A program made the position numbers and the translations under genes. A stretch of DNA of 64,000 nucleotides from a virus. How positions within the stretch are numbered: the stretch's first letter is position 1; each line of letters opens with the position of its first letter. The notes below the pieces were generated by a model, which ran no database searches, had not been told where the DNA came from, and worked only from the letters and a program-made list of their open reading frames with translations. Positions 10,188 through 20,077 of this stretch are shown piece by piece. The stretch lies in IMG/VR virus record IMGVR_UViG_3300009431_000004. One strand, 5' to 3'.

Positions 10188-13100
10188 TCAAGGGTTAGCC
10201 GCCCGAATTATTCGGGTGGACACAACACCCGGCGGCAACGAGTGTCCCCCTTCACACACAATACCGAGCCAAGGGTCGTGAACACCGCCCACGACAGTCG
10301 AAAAGCCGCCCGCGAGGAGTGAGCTTTGCCGAATTCCAGCTCCTCCGGTCAACACCCCGGACTCCCCGACTGGGGGAGGCGTGATGTCCGGGGCGACCCC
10401 GGCCAGTACGATGAGGCTTGGCATGATGGTGGTGATGACGGGCAAGTAGGACGTACTGACTGGCATGATGGATTCCACCATCACAGTGGGCCGTCCAGCC
10501 AATGTAACGCCTGCAAAGGCGATGAGGGTAGGCACACTGGTTTGCCGGTTGATGGCTTCCGCGAGCTGCACATGCGGCTGGACCATCACCCCGAAGTCTG
10601 TTGAAACCAAGGGGACTTTGCGGCCAGTGAGGGTCACTCCCCCACCGACGAATTCGTCTTCGAGCCGGACCTGCACGCCATCGAGGGCGTCGGGGTCCGT
10701 GGTGAGGAACTCGAAGAAGCCGTGGTCCCTTTCCGGGGTCAGCGTGTCGAGGCCACCCCATGGCCCGATGTGCGAGTAGTCCCCGGCCCCGGTCATCTCT
10801 GCAAAGGCCGCCCCCATCCCGTTCGAGGGAGCCGGGCCGGACGGGTTACGGGTCCAGTTGTGGGGCCGGGACGGGGGCGTGTTGTCCACAGCGGCCCAAT
10901 CCCAGTCTTCTTCCAGAGGAGTCTCCACCGCAGGGCCGGGGCCGACCGACCCGACGCTCCCGGCAGGAACGGACATGACCGACCACAGTTGCAGGTGCCA
11001 GTCGGTCCGCTGGTAGATTCTGCCCTCGCCGCGACCAGCGCGGCCCTCCTTGGAGGGGTAGTTCGGCCACAGGACAGCAGTCCCCGGACCCAGAGTCCCA
11101 CCGAGAGGTTGCTGGCCGATGGGGTTGCCGTCGCCGTCCACAACGGGACCGAGGTAGCCGCCCCCCGAGGCAAACAGGACATGGCCGGGCATCCCGCCGC
11201 CCTGCTCGAAGTCGGGCTGCTTGGGGAACTCCGCCTTGTCCCAGAGCATCGTGCCGCTGAGTTCGAGGACATGAGCGCCAACTGGGCAGCCCACCTTGTC
11301 CCCGGTTGTCTGCAAGTCCGCGCTGGCCCCTGCGCCATCGAGGGGGTCGCCTCCGGTGCTACCGACGGATGCCCCATCGTTCGTGTAGATGTCGTCGCCG
11401 CAGTCCGGGTCGAGGCCCGAGAAGCCCTGCGGGAGTGTCCCTTCACAGATGGACGAGATGAGGTCTTCCGACCCATCGTTGTCCACCTCGATGAAGTCCA
11501 GCGACTCGTAGCGAGCGCCCTCGGGGTCGCGGTGGGTCAGGATTCGATACGGGTCGTTCAGTGCCACGCCGGGGTCGTTCAGCGTGTCGTCCGGGTCGTT
11601 GAGCCGCGTCCCGTTGACCTCTTCCCACTCCGAGTCCCCGGTCTGACTCTTGGGGACCGGCGGCGTCCCCTCGTTCAGGAGGGTCACACCGTCAAGGAGC
11701 GGCTGGTTCTGAAGGTACGTCACCGTGGCTTGGCCGGGGATGAAGATGACCTCGACGGAGACTGTCTCGCCGGAGAACTCGTAATCGTTGCCGTCCGAGT
11801 CCCTCCCCAGCGTCAGGACTTGAGAGTCCTCGTCGAAGGTGTACTGCATGTAGGTGTAGATGGTCGTCCCGTCGATGACCTTGTAGACACTGCTCGCGTA
11901 CATCTGGGTCGGGCGCAGGGAGAGCCGCCTCTTGTCGAGGGTCTGCACCGCGATACGTTCGTAGGTCACGTCCTGCGTGCGCTCGCCGCTGTTGATGATG
12001 TTGGCCCGGTTGAGGACCATGCCCTGCGGCTGCATGAAGTCCACCGTGGCCACCTTGAACAAGCGGTAGCGCACGAAGTCCCATCGCTGCTGGGTGACAG
12101 AGCGTGGGTCGAAGGAACCGAAGCCCACGAACCCAAAGGTGGACGGCACGCGAGGCAGCACCGGGTATTCGAGGTTAATCCAGCCCGCCGACGGTTCTGT
12201 CGTCTCGTTGGTGAAGCCGCTGCCGGGAACACCGGGCGTCTCCGGCTGGTAGTAAGGAGGCAGAGGCATGTCCGGGCGGAAGACCGTCACACCCCACGTC
12301 GGGGTGCGGAGGATGCGGACCTCGGTCCACTCCCGCCAGTCCATGTCCTCCACGACCGGGCCTGTCTCTGCCGAGTTCTTGGTGTCCGTCGCGTCGGTCC
12401 GGGGAATCTCCCAGTTGTCGATGTCGCTCTTGTCCCCGCCTTTCCACACGCCCAGCGTGCGGTAAGACAGAGGAGGCGGCAGCATCGAGTACGACAACGA
12501 GCGCCAGCGAACTGAGCTAGCCGTCAGTCCAGCCGCGTCGTGGACGCCCCACAAGCAGGTGTCGTTGCCCGTCCCGCCGGGGAACTGGGTGTCCACGAGT
12601 GTCGGGGTCACGGCCTCATCATCGAGGAACAGGGTCACGACGCCCTGAGAGGCCACGAGCCTGTAGGTGTGGAACTCGCCGTCGTCCCAGTCGAAGGTGT
12701 AATCCTGCACGGTGACGCCGTTGGCGTCCAGCAGGCGCACCCCTCCATCGATGAGCCGAATCTCGCCGTAGTAATTGGCTTGGCCGAAATCCCCACCGAT
12801 GAAGATGCCGGAGTCGTCCCCGTTGAACGTCACGGAGTCCACGGCGAACCGAGCTTCCAGTACCCGGTCGCCTTCCTCCGAGAAGCACAGCCCAGCCGTG
12901 TCGAGGTTGCCGGTGTAACGGAGGCTCTCACCCACCGACTGGGACGTGATGAAGTCCGAGATGTGAGATGCCCCAGTCCCAGAGGACCCGGCCACTTCCG
13001 TCCAGTCCTGCGCCGTCGGCGCGAGCAGGCCAGCCACGCTGATGACGGGGAGGTCGATGAGCCGTCGGTAGCAGAGCTGCCCCGGACATTTCACGTAGAG

Positions 13101-16100
13101 GAGGGTTGCGAGCCGTATCTCCCGGTTGCCGTCGTTCAGGACAATTTCGGTGTCCCCGGCCCCTAACGTGCCTGTGTCCATCCGAAAGTTTGCCCGAAGG
13201 TCCAAGTTTGAATCAGGAGCGAAGAAGGGTTCGATTCGCTTGTACCCAAACAGAAACTTCAAACTTTCCGAGGCACTCGTAGCCTTGAGAAGCACGTCGT
13301 CATCGTTACTTAGCGCCTTCGAGTAACCGAAAGTTTGCTGGGTGTACCACTCGAAATTCGGGTCATGCTCCGGCACCACCCCCATCTCGGTTGCCACCGC
13401 CTTCGAGTGGCTGCGGAAGTAGGACTGGTCCGGCGTGATGCCGTAACGAACGAAGGACCATGTGCTGGTGTTCGTGGCCATCCGGCTCAGGGAACCCCAG
13501 AACACCTGCCCCTCACCCGTCTGGGTCAAGATGAGGGAAGTCTCGGCGGGCATTGGGAGGACCGGGACGTTACCGTCGAGGGTAACGATGTCCGAGGTGG
13601 TCGTCCCGGACATGGCCAAGGTTGCGACCTTCTGGTCCGGGTCCGCCACGAGCCTGTAGGTCGAGAGGCCGTTCCACGGAGTCTCGAAGATGGCGGTCGG
13701 GTAGTTGTTCCCGTACTTGGTCGGGTCCGCCGGGAAGGCCGGGCTGACGGTGCAGGTCGATGTCCCGTCGCACTGGGCGACGACGTGGGTCGCCGTGTGG
13801 ACCCCTGCCTGCGGGCCTTCGAGAATCTGGAAGCGGTCGCCATCCTTGAAGTCGGTCGGCACCTCCGCCGACGGCACGCTCATGGTCGTCGTGCTGGTGA
13901 TGGTCGCAGTCGTCTCGGGGCCAATCTCCCACGCGCCGACCTGCTGGACCTTGCGGGGGTCGATGAGCATCCCCACATGCTGAAGGCCGTTCACGAGCAG
14001 CGCCCCCACGAGGTACAGCTCGTGGTTGTTGTGGAACCCGAAGCCGACCCCGGTGAACACACCGTCCGGGTTGATGGCCGAGGTGTCCGGGATGGTGAAC
14101 CGCGTGTTGAGCGTGATGGCCGACGGGAATGTGAGGTCCAGCTCACGCCAATACATGGCTGTCTGGGCGTCGTCCGGGTCGTAGGAGCCACTCTGGGCGT
14201 CGATGAGGGTCCACGTCCCCTGCCCAGTGTTGTACGCGCCCGTGTCGGTCCCCTGAAGCGTCCAAGGAGGCGTGGCCGCCCGAGGGCTGCCTGTAGCCTC
14301 GTAAGCCACTGTAGACCCACCCACGGCCTCCTCGAAGGCATCTGTGGAGGTCTGGTGCGGGTTCGTGTTCAGGAGCAGCGTCGTGGGGCTGTTCAGGAGC
14401 GCCGAGTATTCCCGCTCGAAGCCGAGGTATCGGTGGCCGATGAGCATGGGCGACGGGCGCGTCATGGGACCAAGGACAACCGCCATGGGGAACCGCGCCG
14501 TGTCGGGCCTCCCCTTGGGATGGTCCGGCAAGTCTTGATTCTGTTCCCCGTGGGCCGCCGGGTCATGGTGTCCAATGCCCCGGTCCCACTTGTTGAGGAC
14601 GAGGCCCAGCGTATTCAGCCCGGCCAGTTCCATCGTCGGCGTGGCAAACCACTTGTAGTCCACCTTCACGTCGATGTCGCCCGGCGGCATGAATGGAATC
14701 GGTGTGGTGAGCTGGATGCGCCCGATGTACGGGTTCACGTCCTCGACACCGACCTCGACCCCGTTGACCAAGACGGTCACGTCCTGCTTGGTTGCCGGGG
14801 TCGCGTCGCCCCAACCCTTGACCAGCGGACCGCGTTGGGTCTGAAGCCAGTCCCTCGTATCCGCGTAGGCACCCTCGAACTCGGATTCGTGGTTGTGAAG
14901 GAAGTTCCACGCCTCCGAAAAGACCGTATAGGTGGAGGTTGCCTCGACGCCGAGAATCTGGAAGCCCGTCACGCTGGTCGGGGCGTCCAAGAACAGCCAC
15001 GTCACACCCGGCCCAGCGTCATCTGTCACGGTGAGGTTCGTGAAAGGTGTGACCGCGACCGGCAACCCATCGAGCAGAAGGGCCGCCGTCTCTGCCTTCT
15101 GGTTCCAGACAAGGGACAGCGTGTGGGTGCCGGTACTCCAATCCCCCAGAACATCGACCGTGAAGGCGTTGTTGGTGAAGCTGAGAAGGTCCGTCCCAGC
15201 CGCGTCGCGCTTCAGGCCCACCCGGACGCCAAGCCCCTGTGTCGCCGGGCCGTTCTGAAAGATGACCTCCCCGAGCGTGAATTCAGGAAGGTCGTCGAGC
15301 GCCGGGCTGTAAAGGCCCTGCCCTGCGTTGAAGGTGAAGTCCATGCGCGTCGTGGAGTCCGGGGTGATGTGGGCGACGCTCGGGACCGTAGGCTCGAAGA
15401 AGCCCCAGCCATACGGACCCCAAGCGGGGCCGGGCCGGTTCAGCCGGAGCAGGCCGCCCGATACTTCGGAGGAGCCGTTCTGGGGGTTCTGCTCTTGCCC
15501 GTCACACCCGGTGGCCGCCGAGGGAAGAACGCTGCCGTCGTACTCCACGGCGGTCGAGTTGGTGGCGATGCAGGTGTAGTCGAGCCGGGTCATCCCAGTG
15601 GTGGTCAGACCCACCTTGGCGGCGCTCCCTTCAAAGGGGTGCGTGGCCGCCGACACCCTGATGGCTATGGGGTAGTCCGGGTCCGAGGTGAAGGAGTAGG
15701 AACTGGGATTGTCGATGCCAGAACCGGGGTGCGGTTCCAGCGCCGCTGTCAGCATCGGGTAGGCAAAGGTCAGCCGGAGCATCTCTTGGTCGATAGGGGT
15801 GACTGTGTAGGGCGGTGCTTCGCCACGGCACAGGAGGACAATCGGCCCCGTATCCAGCAGGGGGTTCCCGGACATATCGGTCGGGCCGACTACCACGATG
15901 CTGTAGGTGCCTCCCTGCGTCGTCCCCGTGTGCTTCAGGATGACGGACATGGCCCCGGCGGTCCCGAGGGTGCTGTCCACCTCACCCAGCGTTTCTATCC
16001 GCACGCTCTCGATGGTGACGGATGGAGCCGCCCCTGCCACCGGGGTCAGCGTGTAGGACGCCGGGTCAAGCAGAGCCGGATTGAGGGGGTCCATCGGTTC

Positions 16101-16442
16101 GGTGAAGAAGACCTCGATTTCCCAGCCGGAGATGCTCAGAGCGGACGCGACCTGCGGGGGTGTCTTGTCCACGGACCCGTAAGGACCGAGGCCGTAGGGG
16201 TCGCCGCCGAAGCCGCCGTCGATGGGAATCTTCGGGTCGGGGAAGCCGCCTGCACCACCGTAAGGGTAGAAGCCGTAGGCCGCTCCCGCCGGAGGTGGCG
16301 TGAGGGGACTCTCGGACCAGCCTACGCCGCCGTAGCCGGAAGCCTCCGGGTGCGGAGGGCAGACCAGCACGGATGGGCATGGAGGGAACGGGCCGAACCC
16401 GAAAGGCCCGGTGTCCCAACAATCAGGAGAGCCGTTGGCCAT
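10188..16442 (-). CDS. Very large virion structural/fibre protein (2084 aa) with Ig-like and lectin/LamG-like beta domains
   Basis: N-terminal G(Y/F)G/PYG repeats. Ig-like IEVFFTEPMD..LDPASY modules. Jelly-roll-like WDDGEFHTYRL..VTLFLDD segments. Confidence 0.65.
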   Translation of the reverse strand: MANGSPDCWDTGPFGFGPFPPCPSVLVCPPHPEASGYGGVGWSESPLTPPPAGAAYGFYPYGGAGGFPDPKIPIDGGFGGDPYGLGPYGSVDKTPPQVASALSISGWEIEVFFTEPMDPLNPALLDPASYTLTPVAGAAPSVTIESVRIETLGEVDSTLGTAGAMSVILKHTGTTQGGTYSIVVVGPTDMSGNPLLDTGPIVLLCRGEAPPYTVTPIDQEMLRLTFAYPMLTAALEPHPGSGIDNPSSYSFTSDPDYPIAIRVSAATHPFEGSAAKVGLTTTGMTRLDYTCIATNSTAVEYDGSVLPSAATGCDGQEQNPQNGSSEVSGGLLRLNRPGPAWGPYGWGFFEPTVPSVAHITPDSTTRMDFTFNAGQGLYSPALDDLPEFTLGEVIFQNGPATQGLGVRVGLKRDAAGTDLLSFTNNAFTVDVLGDWSTGTHTLSLVWNQKAETAALLLDGLPVAVTPFTNLTVTDDAGPGVTWLFLDAPTSVTGFQILGVEATSTYTVFSEAWNFLHNHESEFEGAYADTRDWLQTQRGPLVKGWGDATPATKQDVTVLVNGVEVGVEDVNPYIGRIQLTTPIPFMPPGDIDVKVDYKWFATPTMELAGLNTLGLVLNKWDRGIGHHDPAAHGEQNQDLPDHPKGRPDTARFPMAVVLGPMTRPSPMLIGHRYLGFEREYSALLNSPTTLLLNTNPHQTSTDAFEEAVGGSTVAYEATGSPRAATPPWTLQGTDTGAYNTGQGTWTLIDAQSGSYDPDDAQTAMYWRELDLTFPSAITLNTRFTIPDTSAINPDGVFTGVGFGFHNNHELYLVGALLVNGLQHVGMLIDPRKVQQVGAWEIGPETTATITSTTTMSVPSAEVPTDFKDGDRFQILEGPQAGVHTATHVVAQCDGTSTCTVSPAFPADPTKYGNNYPTAIFETPWNGLSTYRLVADPDQKVATLAMSGTTTSDIVTLDGNVPVLPMPAETSLILTQTGEGQVFWGSLSRMATNTSTWSFVRYGITPDQSYFRSHSKAVATEMGVVPEHDPNFEWYTQQTFGYSKALSNDDDVLLKATSASESLKFLFGYKRIEPFFAPDSNLDLRANFRMDTGTLGAGDTEIVLNDGNREIRLATLLYVKCPGQLCYRRLIDLPVISVAGLLAPTAQDWTEVAGSSGTGASHISDFITSQSVGESLRYTGNLDTAGLCFSEEGDRVLEARFAVDSVTFNGDDSGIFIGGDFGQANYYGEIRLIDGGVRLLDANGVTVQDYTFDWDDGEFHTYRLVASQGVVTLFLDDEAVTPTLVDTQFPGGTGNDTCLWGVHDAAGLTASSVRWRSLSYSMLPPPLSYRTLGVWKGGDKSDIDNWEIPRTDATDTKNSAETGPVVEDMDWREWTEVRILRTPTWGVTVFRPDMPLPPYYQPETPGVPGSGFTNETTEPSAGWINLEYPVLPRVPSTFGFVGFGSFDPRSVTQQRWDFVRYRLFKVATVDFMQPQGMVLNRANIINSGERTQDVTYERIAVQTLDKRRLSLRPTQMYASSVYKVIDGTTIYTYMQYTFDEDSQVLTLGRDSDGNDYEFSGETVSVEVIFIPGQATVTYLQNQPLLDGVTLLNEGTPPVPKSQTGDSEWEEVNGTRLNDPDDTLNDPGVALNDPYRILTHRDPEGARYESLDFIEVDNDGSEDLISSICEGTLPQGFSGLDPDCGDDIYTNDGASVGSTGGDPLDGAGASADLQTTGDKVGCPVGAHVLELSGTMLWDKAEFPKQPDFEQGGGMPGHVLFASGGGYLGPVVDGDGNPIGQQPLGGTLGPGTAVLWPNYPSKEGRAGRGEGRIYQRTDWHLQLWSVMSVPAGSVGSVGPGPAVETPLEEDWDWAAVDNTPPSRPHNWTRNPSGPAPSNGMGAAFAEMTGAGDYSHIGPWGGLDTLTPERDHGFFEFLTTDPDALDGVQVRLEDEFVGGGVTLTGRKVPLVSTDFGVMVQPHVQLAEAINRQTSVPTLIAFAGVTLAGRPTVMVESIMPVSTSYLPVITTIMPSLIVLAGVAPDITPPPVGESGVLTGGAGIRQSSLLAGGFSTVVGGVHDPWLGIVCEGGHSLPPGVVSTRIIRAANP

Positions 16443-16454
16443 TCTTCCATCTCA

Positions 16455-18395
16455 CTAAATCGCGGACCATACACCGTCGTAGTAGAAGAACGTCATCGCC
16501 GCCCCGTTGGTGTTGATGATGTACGTCGCCAACCCGCCCAGTGCGGCGTTGAACAGGTCCGTTCCCTGACAGGTCACGGTGATGTTGTTAATCGCGGCAT
16601 TGCCCTGCTGGTCCTTGACCACGATGAGACGCCCGTCAGTGGGAGTATCGGGCAACACGACTTCGACTGCGGAGGCGGTCGTCATGCAGACCGCGATGAC
16701 CTCACCGGACTGCATCGAGTACGGGGTGTTGCCCGCATTTACTTCGGCTGGTTCCCATACGTCGGAGCTGCCGCCACTGCCCCCGATGATGGGGAGAACG
16801 GTGTGCGTGATATTGCCGCCCACGAGGTCGAGGTCGCTCAGGTCATCCAGCGTGACCGCACCGGAAGTCACACCGACGGTGCCTGTCGTGGCGGCCCCGA
16901 GTACCCGGTAGACACCGGAGAAGTCGCTGTGGCGGACCATCACCTCCATGTTTTCGGTAGATGCCCCCGCCGCCGCACCAACGCCGACGCCCACGGAACC
17001 CCCGCCTGCCCCGGTGCCGTGGCCCAAATGGCAGTAGTCCATGACCAAGCTCTTGGCGATTCCCTTGTAGCACCAGTTGTCCGCTTTCCCGCAATGGGCG
17101 GACGAATAGTTCAGGGTGAGTTCCGCCGAGGGGCTGGGACTCAAAATCGCGTCAGCCCCGGTGACAGTTGTCTCGGCCAGAACCGCGAAGCACATCCCCC
17201 CTCCGGCCAGTAGAAGACCGCAGGGTTCTTCGCCCGGAGCGACGACAGTCGGGTCCGGCCCCTGAATCATGCTTCGGCCTGCACTCAAGAAGGCCCAGTC
17301 GGTGGTGTCCCCGAGGGTCAGGGCGGTCCCCAAGTCCGCATTCTTGATGACAGAGGACTCAAGCAGGAAGGCCGAGCCACCGTCCACGAGCAGAGCGGGG
17401 CTGTCGGTCGCCACGGTGCTTTCCAGCGTGATGCCCCGCAGAATCATGGGGTTCGTTGAGGACGGCGGCGAGGTCGGAACCCCTATCATGGAGTGATAGC
17501 CCGTGACTGCCCGGACAAGGACTGACCCCGCTGGGAAAGTGGTGTCGTCGGCAGCGAACGTCATCCCGGCTTCACCCGCGTTGACGAGGAAGACGTGCGG
17601 CACGATGGCCAGTGCTTCCTCGTAGTAACCGGGGGCGACCATGATGACGTAGGGGTTCTCGTCTTCCAGCGGTGCTTCCCCGCGAGCTGCACATGCGCTC
17701 GCGTAGGTGATGGCCGCATTGATGGAGGAGAAGTCCGCAAAGCCCTGAGCTGCGATGCGAATCCCCGTCTCGTCCAGAGCCGCCGAGTCCGGGCCGGGCA
17801 TCTTGATGACGTTGCTCGGGTCGTTCTGGGTTTCGGCGTTGTCCCGGCCCCTGTTGGCGTCCACGTAGAGGACTCGCCCGGACATGGCTGCCCGTCGGGT
17901 GAGCGCGAGCAGGCGCAGGATGTTCGAGTTCTGGTCGTCCGCCCAGCCCTCTGCTGAAGCGTCCACGGGAACGATGCCGTTCGAGTCGCGCCTTTCGCCC
18001 GCTGCCACGAGCTTGAGGTTGGCGAAGGTGGTCAGGATGCGGAACCGAAGGAACATGGTGTCTTCGGTCGGCAGTCCGGCGTCCACCACGAGCCGGAGCA
18101 GGTACGAACCGTTCCAGTCCGCGTTGAACCGGCATGTCTTGGAGGTCGTGCCTTCAGGGGCGAGCAACTGGGCGTCCGAGGGGTCGCCCTCGTAGTCGTC
18201 GCCTGAAGACGCCGACGGCCCTGCCGAGTCCGGCTTGAACGCCAAGGTCCAAGCGTAGGTCGAGGCGTCGTGGACGGACGTGCTGACGACCTGATAACCC
18301 TTGAGCAGGTCGTCCCGGCTCGCGTCAACCGTTACCGGCCCGACGGGAGTCCCGCCGGGATGGTTCAGGAAAGTCGTTGTGATGCTGGCAGGCAT
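16455..18395 (-). CDS. Tailspike/fibre protein with probable right-handed beta-helix (646 aa)
   Basis: DFSSINAAI..VIMVAPGYYEE resembles a beta-helix cap. C-terminal VVLPDTPTDGRLIVVKDQQGNAAINNITV..W module is of the T4 gp34-repeat type. Confidence 0.65.
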   Translation of the reverse strand: MPASITTTFLNHPGGTPVGPVTVDASRDDLLKGYQVVSTSVHDASTYAWTLAFKPDSAGPSASSGDDYEGDPSDAQLLAPEGTTSKTCRFNADWNGSYLLRLVVDAGLPTEDTMFLRFRILTTFANLKLVAAGERRDSNGIVPVDASAEGWADDQNSNILRLLALTRRAAMSGRVLYVDANRGRDNAETQNDPSNVIKMPGPDSAALDETGIRIAAQGFADFSSINAAITYASACAARGEAPLEDENPYVIMVAPGYYEEALAIVPHVFLVNAGEAGMTFAADDTTFPAGSVLVRAVTGYHSMIGVPTSPPSSTNPMILRGITLESTVATDSPALLVDGGSAFLLESSVIKNADLGTALTLGDTTDWAFLSAGRSMIQGPDPTVVAPGEEPCGLLLAGGGMCFAVLAETTVTGADAILSPSPSAELTLNYSSAHCGKADNWCYKGIAKSLVMDYCHLGHGTGAGGGSVGVGVGAAAGASTENMEVMVRHSDFSGVYRVLGAATTGTVGVTSGAVTLDDLSDLDLVGGNITHTVLPIIGGSGGSSDVWEPAEVNAGNTPYSMQSGEVIAVCMTTASAVEVVLPDTPTDGRLIVVKDQQGNAAINNITVTCQGTDLFNAALGGLATYIINTNGAAMTFFYYDGVWSAI

Positions 18396-18427
18396 GTTAT
18401 CTCCCTCAGACCGTCAAAGCAGGGCCT

Positions 18428-18458
18428 CCATAGAACCGGACATATAGGCCAATCATCG
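18428..18458 (-). promoter_or_regulatory. Putative phage late promoter, copy 3
   Basis: CGAT-GATTGGC-CTAT-N12-ATGG. Confidence 0.7.
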
Positions 18459-19817
18459 GAAGAAGAACTCGGAAGCATCTTCCCCAACCACGGGCCTTGG
18501 CACCTGCACGCCGAGTCTGTCCACAGTCACCATGTAATCCTGACCCGTGACTGCTTGGGCCATTCGGTTGCGAATTCTCAGGAGACTGGGGGCGGCCCGC
18601 ACCTGAGTCGCCACATGCGCCGGGTCCACGAATCCGACCGGGCCGCCGTTGCTCCCCAGAACTGTCTTGAGGCGGTAATTGCCCGCGTTCGGCCCGGTCG
18701 TGAAGGTCAGGATGTCCCCCTCGGGGGCCAGCGCCCAGTTCTGGGACGGGTCCGTGATGACATCCCCGGACACCGTAGCGGTCCCTGAGAGGCCGCTAAC
18801 GGTCGTGTACGCCCTCGCAGTAGTGTCGTCCCCTACTGGGAAGACCCGGATTTCCTCGACCCTGTAGCGGCCTACCCAGCCCTCATCCGTGGAGCTGGCA
18901 TCCGTGGCGTTCGGCCCGGACAGAATCGTGAGGACGGCTCCGGGTGCAATCGAGGTGAAGTCCCGATTGGCATCGCTGAACAGGGAACGGTCTGTCAGGG
19001 TGATTCCGTCGGTCCCCGTGACCCGCTCCGCTCCGAGGCAGAACTTCCGTAAGTCGTCGTAATGATAGATGTCGTAGTCGAACGCCATCGTGTCGGAGAA
19101 CAGCGTCCCGAAGGACTCCCGGAACAAGTGCCGGTAGTCGTAAAGGGTGTGGGCCGCCTTCAAGGCCCGCATCACGATGGAGACATTACTCAGGAGGACG
19201 AAGGGGTCGTCCGGGAAGTCTTCGAGCGTGATGGTTTCTTCACCGACTACGAGGGTCCGCGAGCCGGTGACGTTCACCTCGAAGGTGAACTGGTCCGCAG
19301 GCCCCCATGCTGAGTTCGGTGTCGTGCGGGCGGCCACGGACTTCTCGATGACTTCGACGAGGGCGTCGGTGAGCAGCTCGACCCCTTCCTTCACCGTCGC
19401 GGCTGTCGCTCCTTGCAGAAGCAGGATGACCATCCTCTTGAGGAACTGCCGATAGGTGAGGTCGCCTTCCAGCTCGGGCCAGCCATCTGACTCGGCATCC
19501 GGGAACACGAGCGCCCCGAGAATCTGATAGAGGACCTCGGACCGGGTGTAGTCGTACACCGAGTCGGCCCAGACCTCCTGCGCGGAAATCTGGAACGAGG
19601 CAATCTGTTCGGCAGCCGCCTGATACTGAAGGGTGTAGTTCGGCCCCGTCACCTGCGAGACGTAGTTGCTCGGCAGGAGCTTGAGGAACACCTCCATGAT
19701 GCGGTCCACCTGTGAACCCACCGCGTTCTTGCGGCCCTGACTGTCCTCGTCGAAGGGTGCAGGGTTCTGGGGGACCAGACCCGGAAGCGTCGTTTTGTCT
19801 TCTGGCCTGTCTGCCAT
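18453..19817 (-). CDS. Baseplate wedge protein (P2 gpI-like position), 454 aa
   Basis: Follows the J-like gene. LLPSNY..DLTYRQFL..LLQGAT..KAAHTLY pattern. Confidence 0.55.
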   Translation of the reverse strand: MADRPEDKTTLPGLVPQNPAPFDEDSQGRKNAVGSQVDRIMEVFLKLLPSNYVSQVTGPNYTLQYQAAAEQIASFQISAQEVWADSVYDYTRSEVLYQILGALVFPDAESDGWPELEGDLTYRQFLKRMVILLLQGATAATVKEGVELLTDALVEVIEKSVAARTTPNSAWGPADQFTFEVNVTGSRTLVVGEETITLEDFPDDPFVLLSNVSIVMRALKAAHTLYDYRHLFRESFGTLFSDTMAFDYDIYHYDDLRKFCLGAERVTGTDGITLTDRSLFSDANRDFTSIAPGAVLTILSGPNATDASSTDEGWVGRYRVEEIRVFPVGDDTTARAYTTVSGLSGTATVSGDVITDPSQNWALAPEGDILTFTTGPNAGNYRLKTVLGSNGGPVGFVDPAHVATQVRAAPSLLRIRNRMAQAVTGQDYMVTVDRLGVQVPRPVVGEDASEFFFR

Positions 19818-19819
19818 CT

Positions 19820-20077
19820 CTACTCGTATGCCCCGGCCAATTCACCGAAGCAGCCATGCTGCCAACCCACCCAGTCCTTGTATCGCCAACGCAACGCCTC
19901 CCCGGCAGAGGCCACGATGCCCCACAGGGTATGGAACTCCCAGTAGGAGGGGGTGTTGTTCAGGACCATCTCCCTCACCGTCAATCCGGCGGGGACTGAA
20001 GCTCCGAGAATCCACGGCAGCTCGGTTCGTTGCCCGGCTGCATCGGCCAGAACTAAAATTGCCATCGGGGCAGCCAT
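19820..20077 (-). CDS. Small Trp-rich hypothetical protein (85 aa)
   Basis: Fills the gap exactly: TGATG overlap upstream, 2-nt gap downstream. Confidence 0.6.
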   Translation of the reverse strand: MAAPMAILVLADAAGQRTELPWILGASVPAGLTVREMVLNNTPSYWEFHTLWGIVASAGEALRWRYKDWVGWQHGCFGELAGAYE

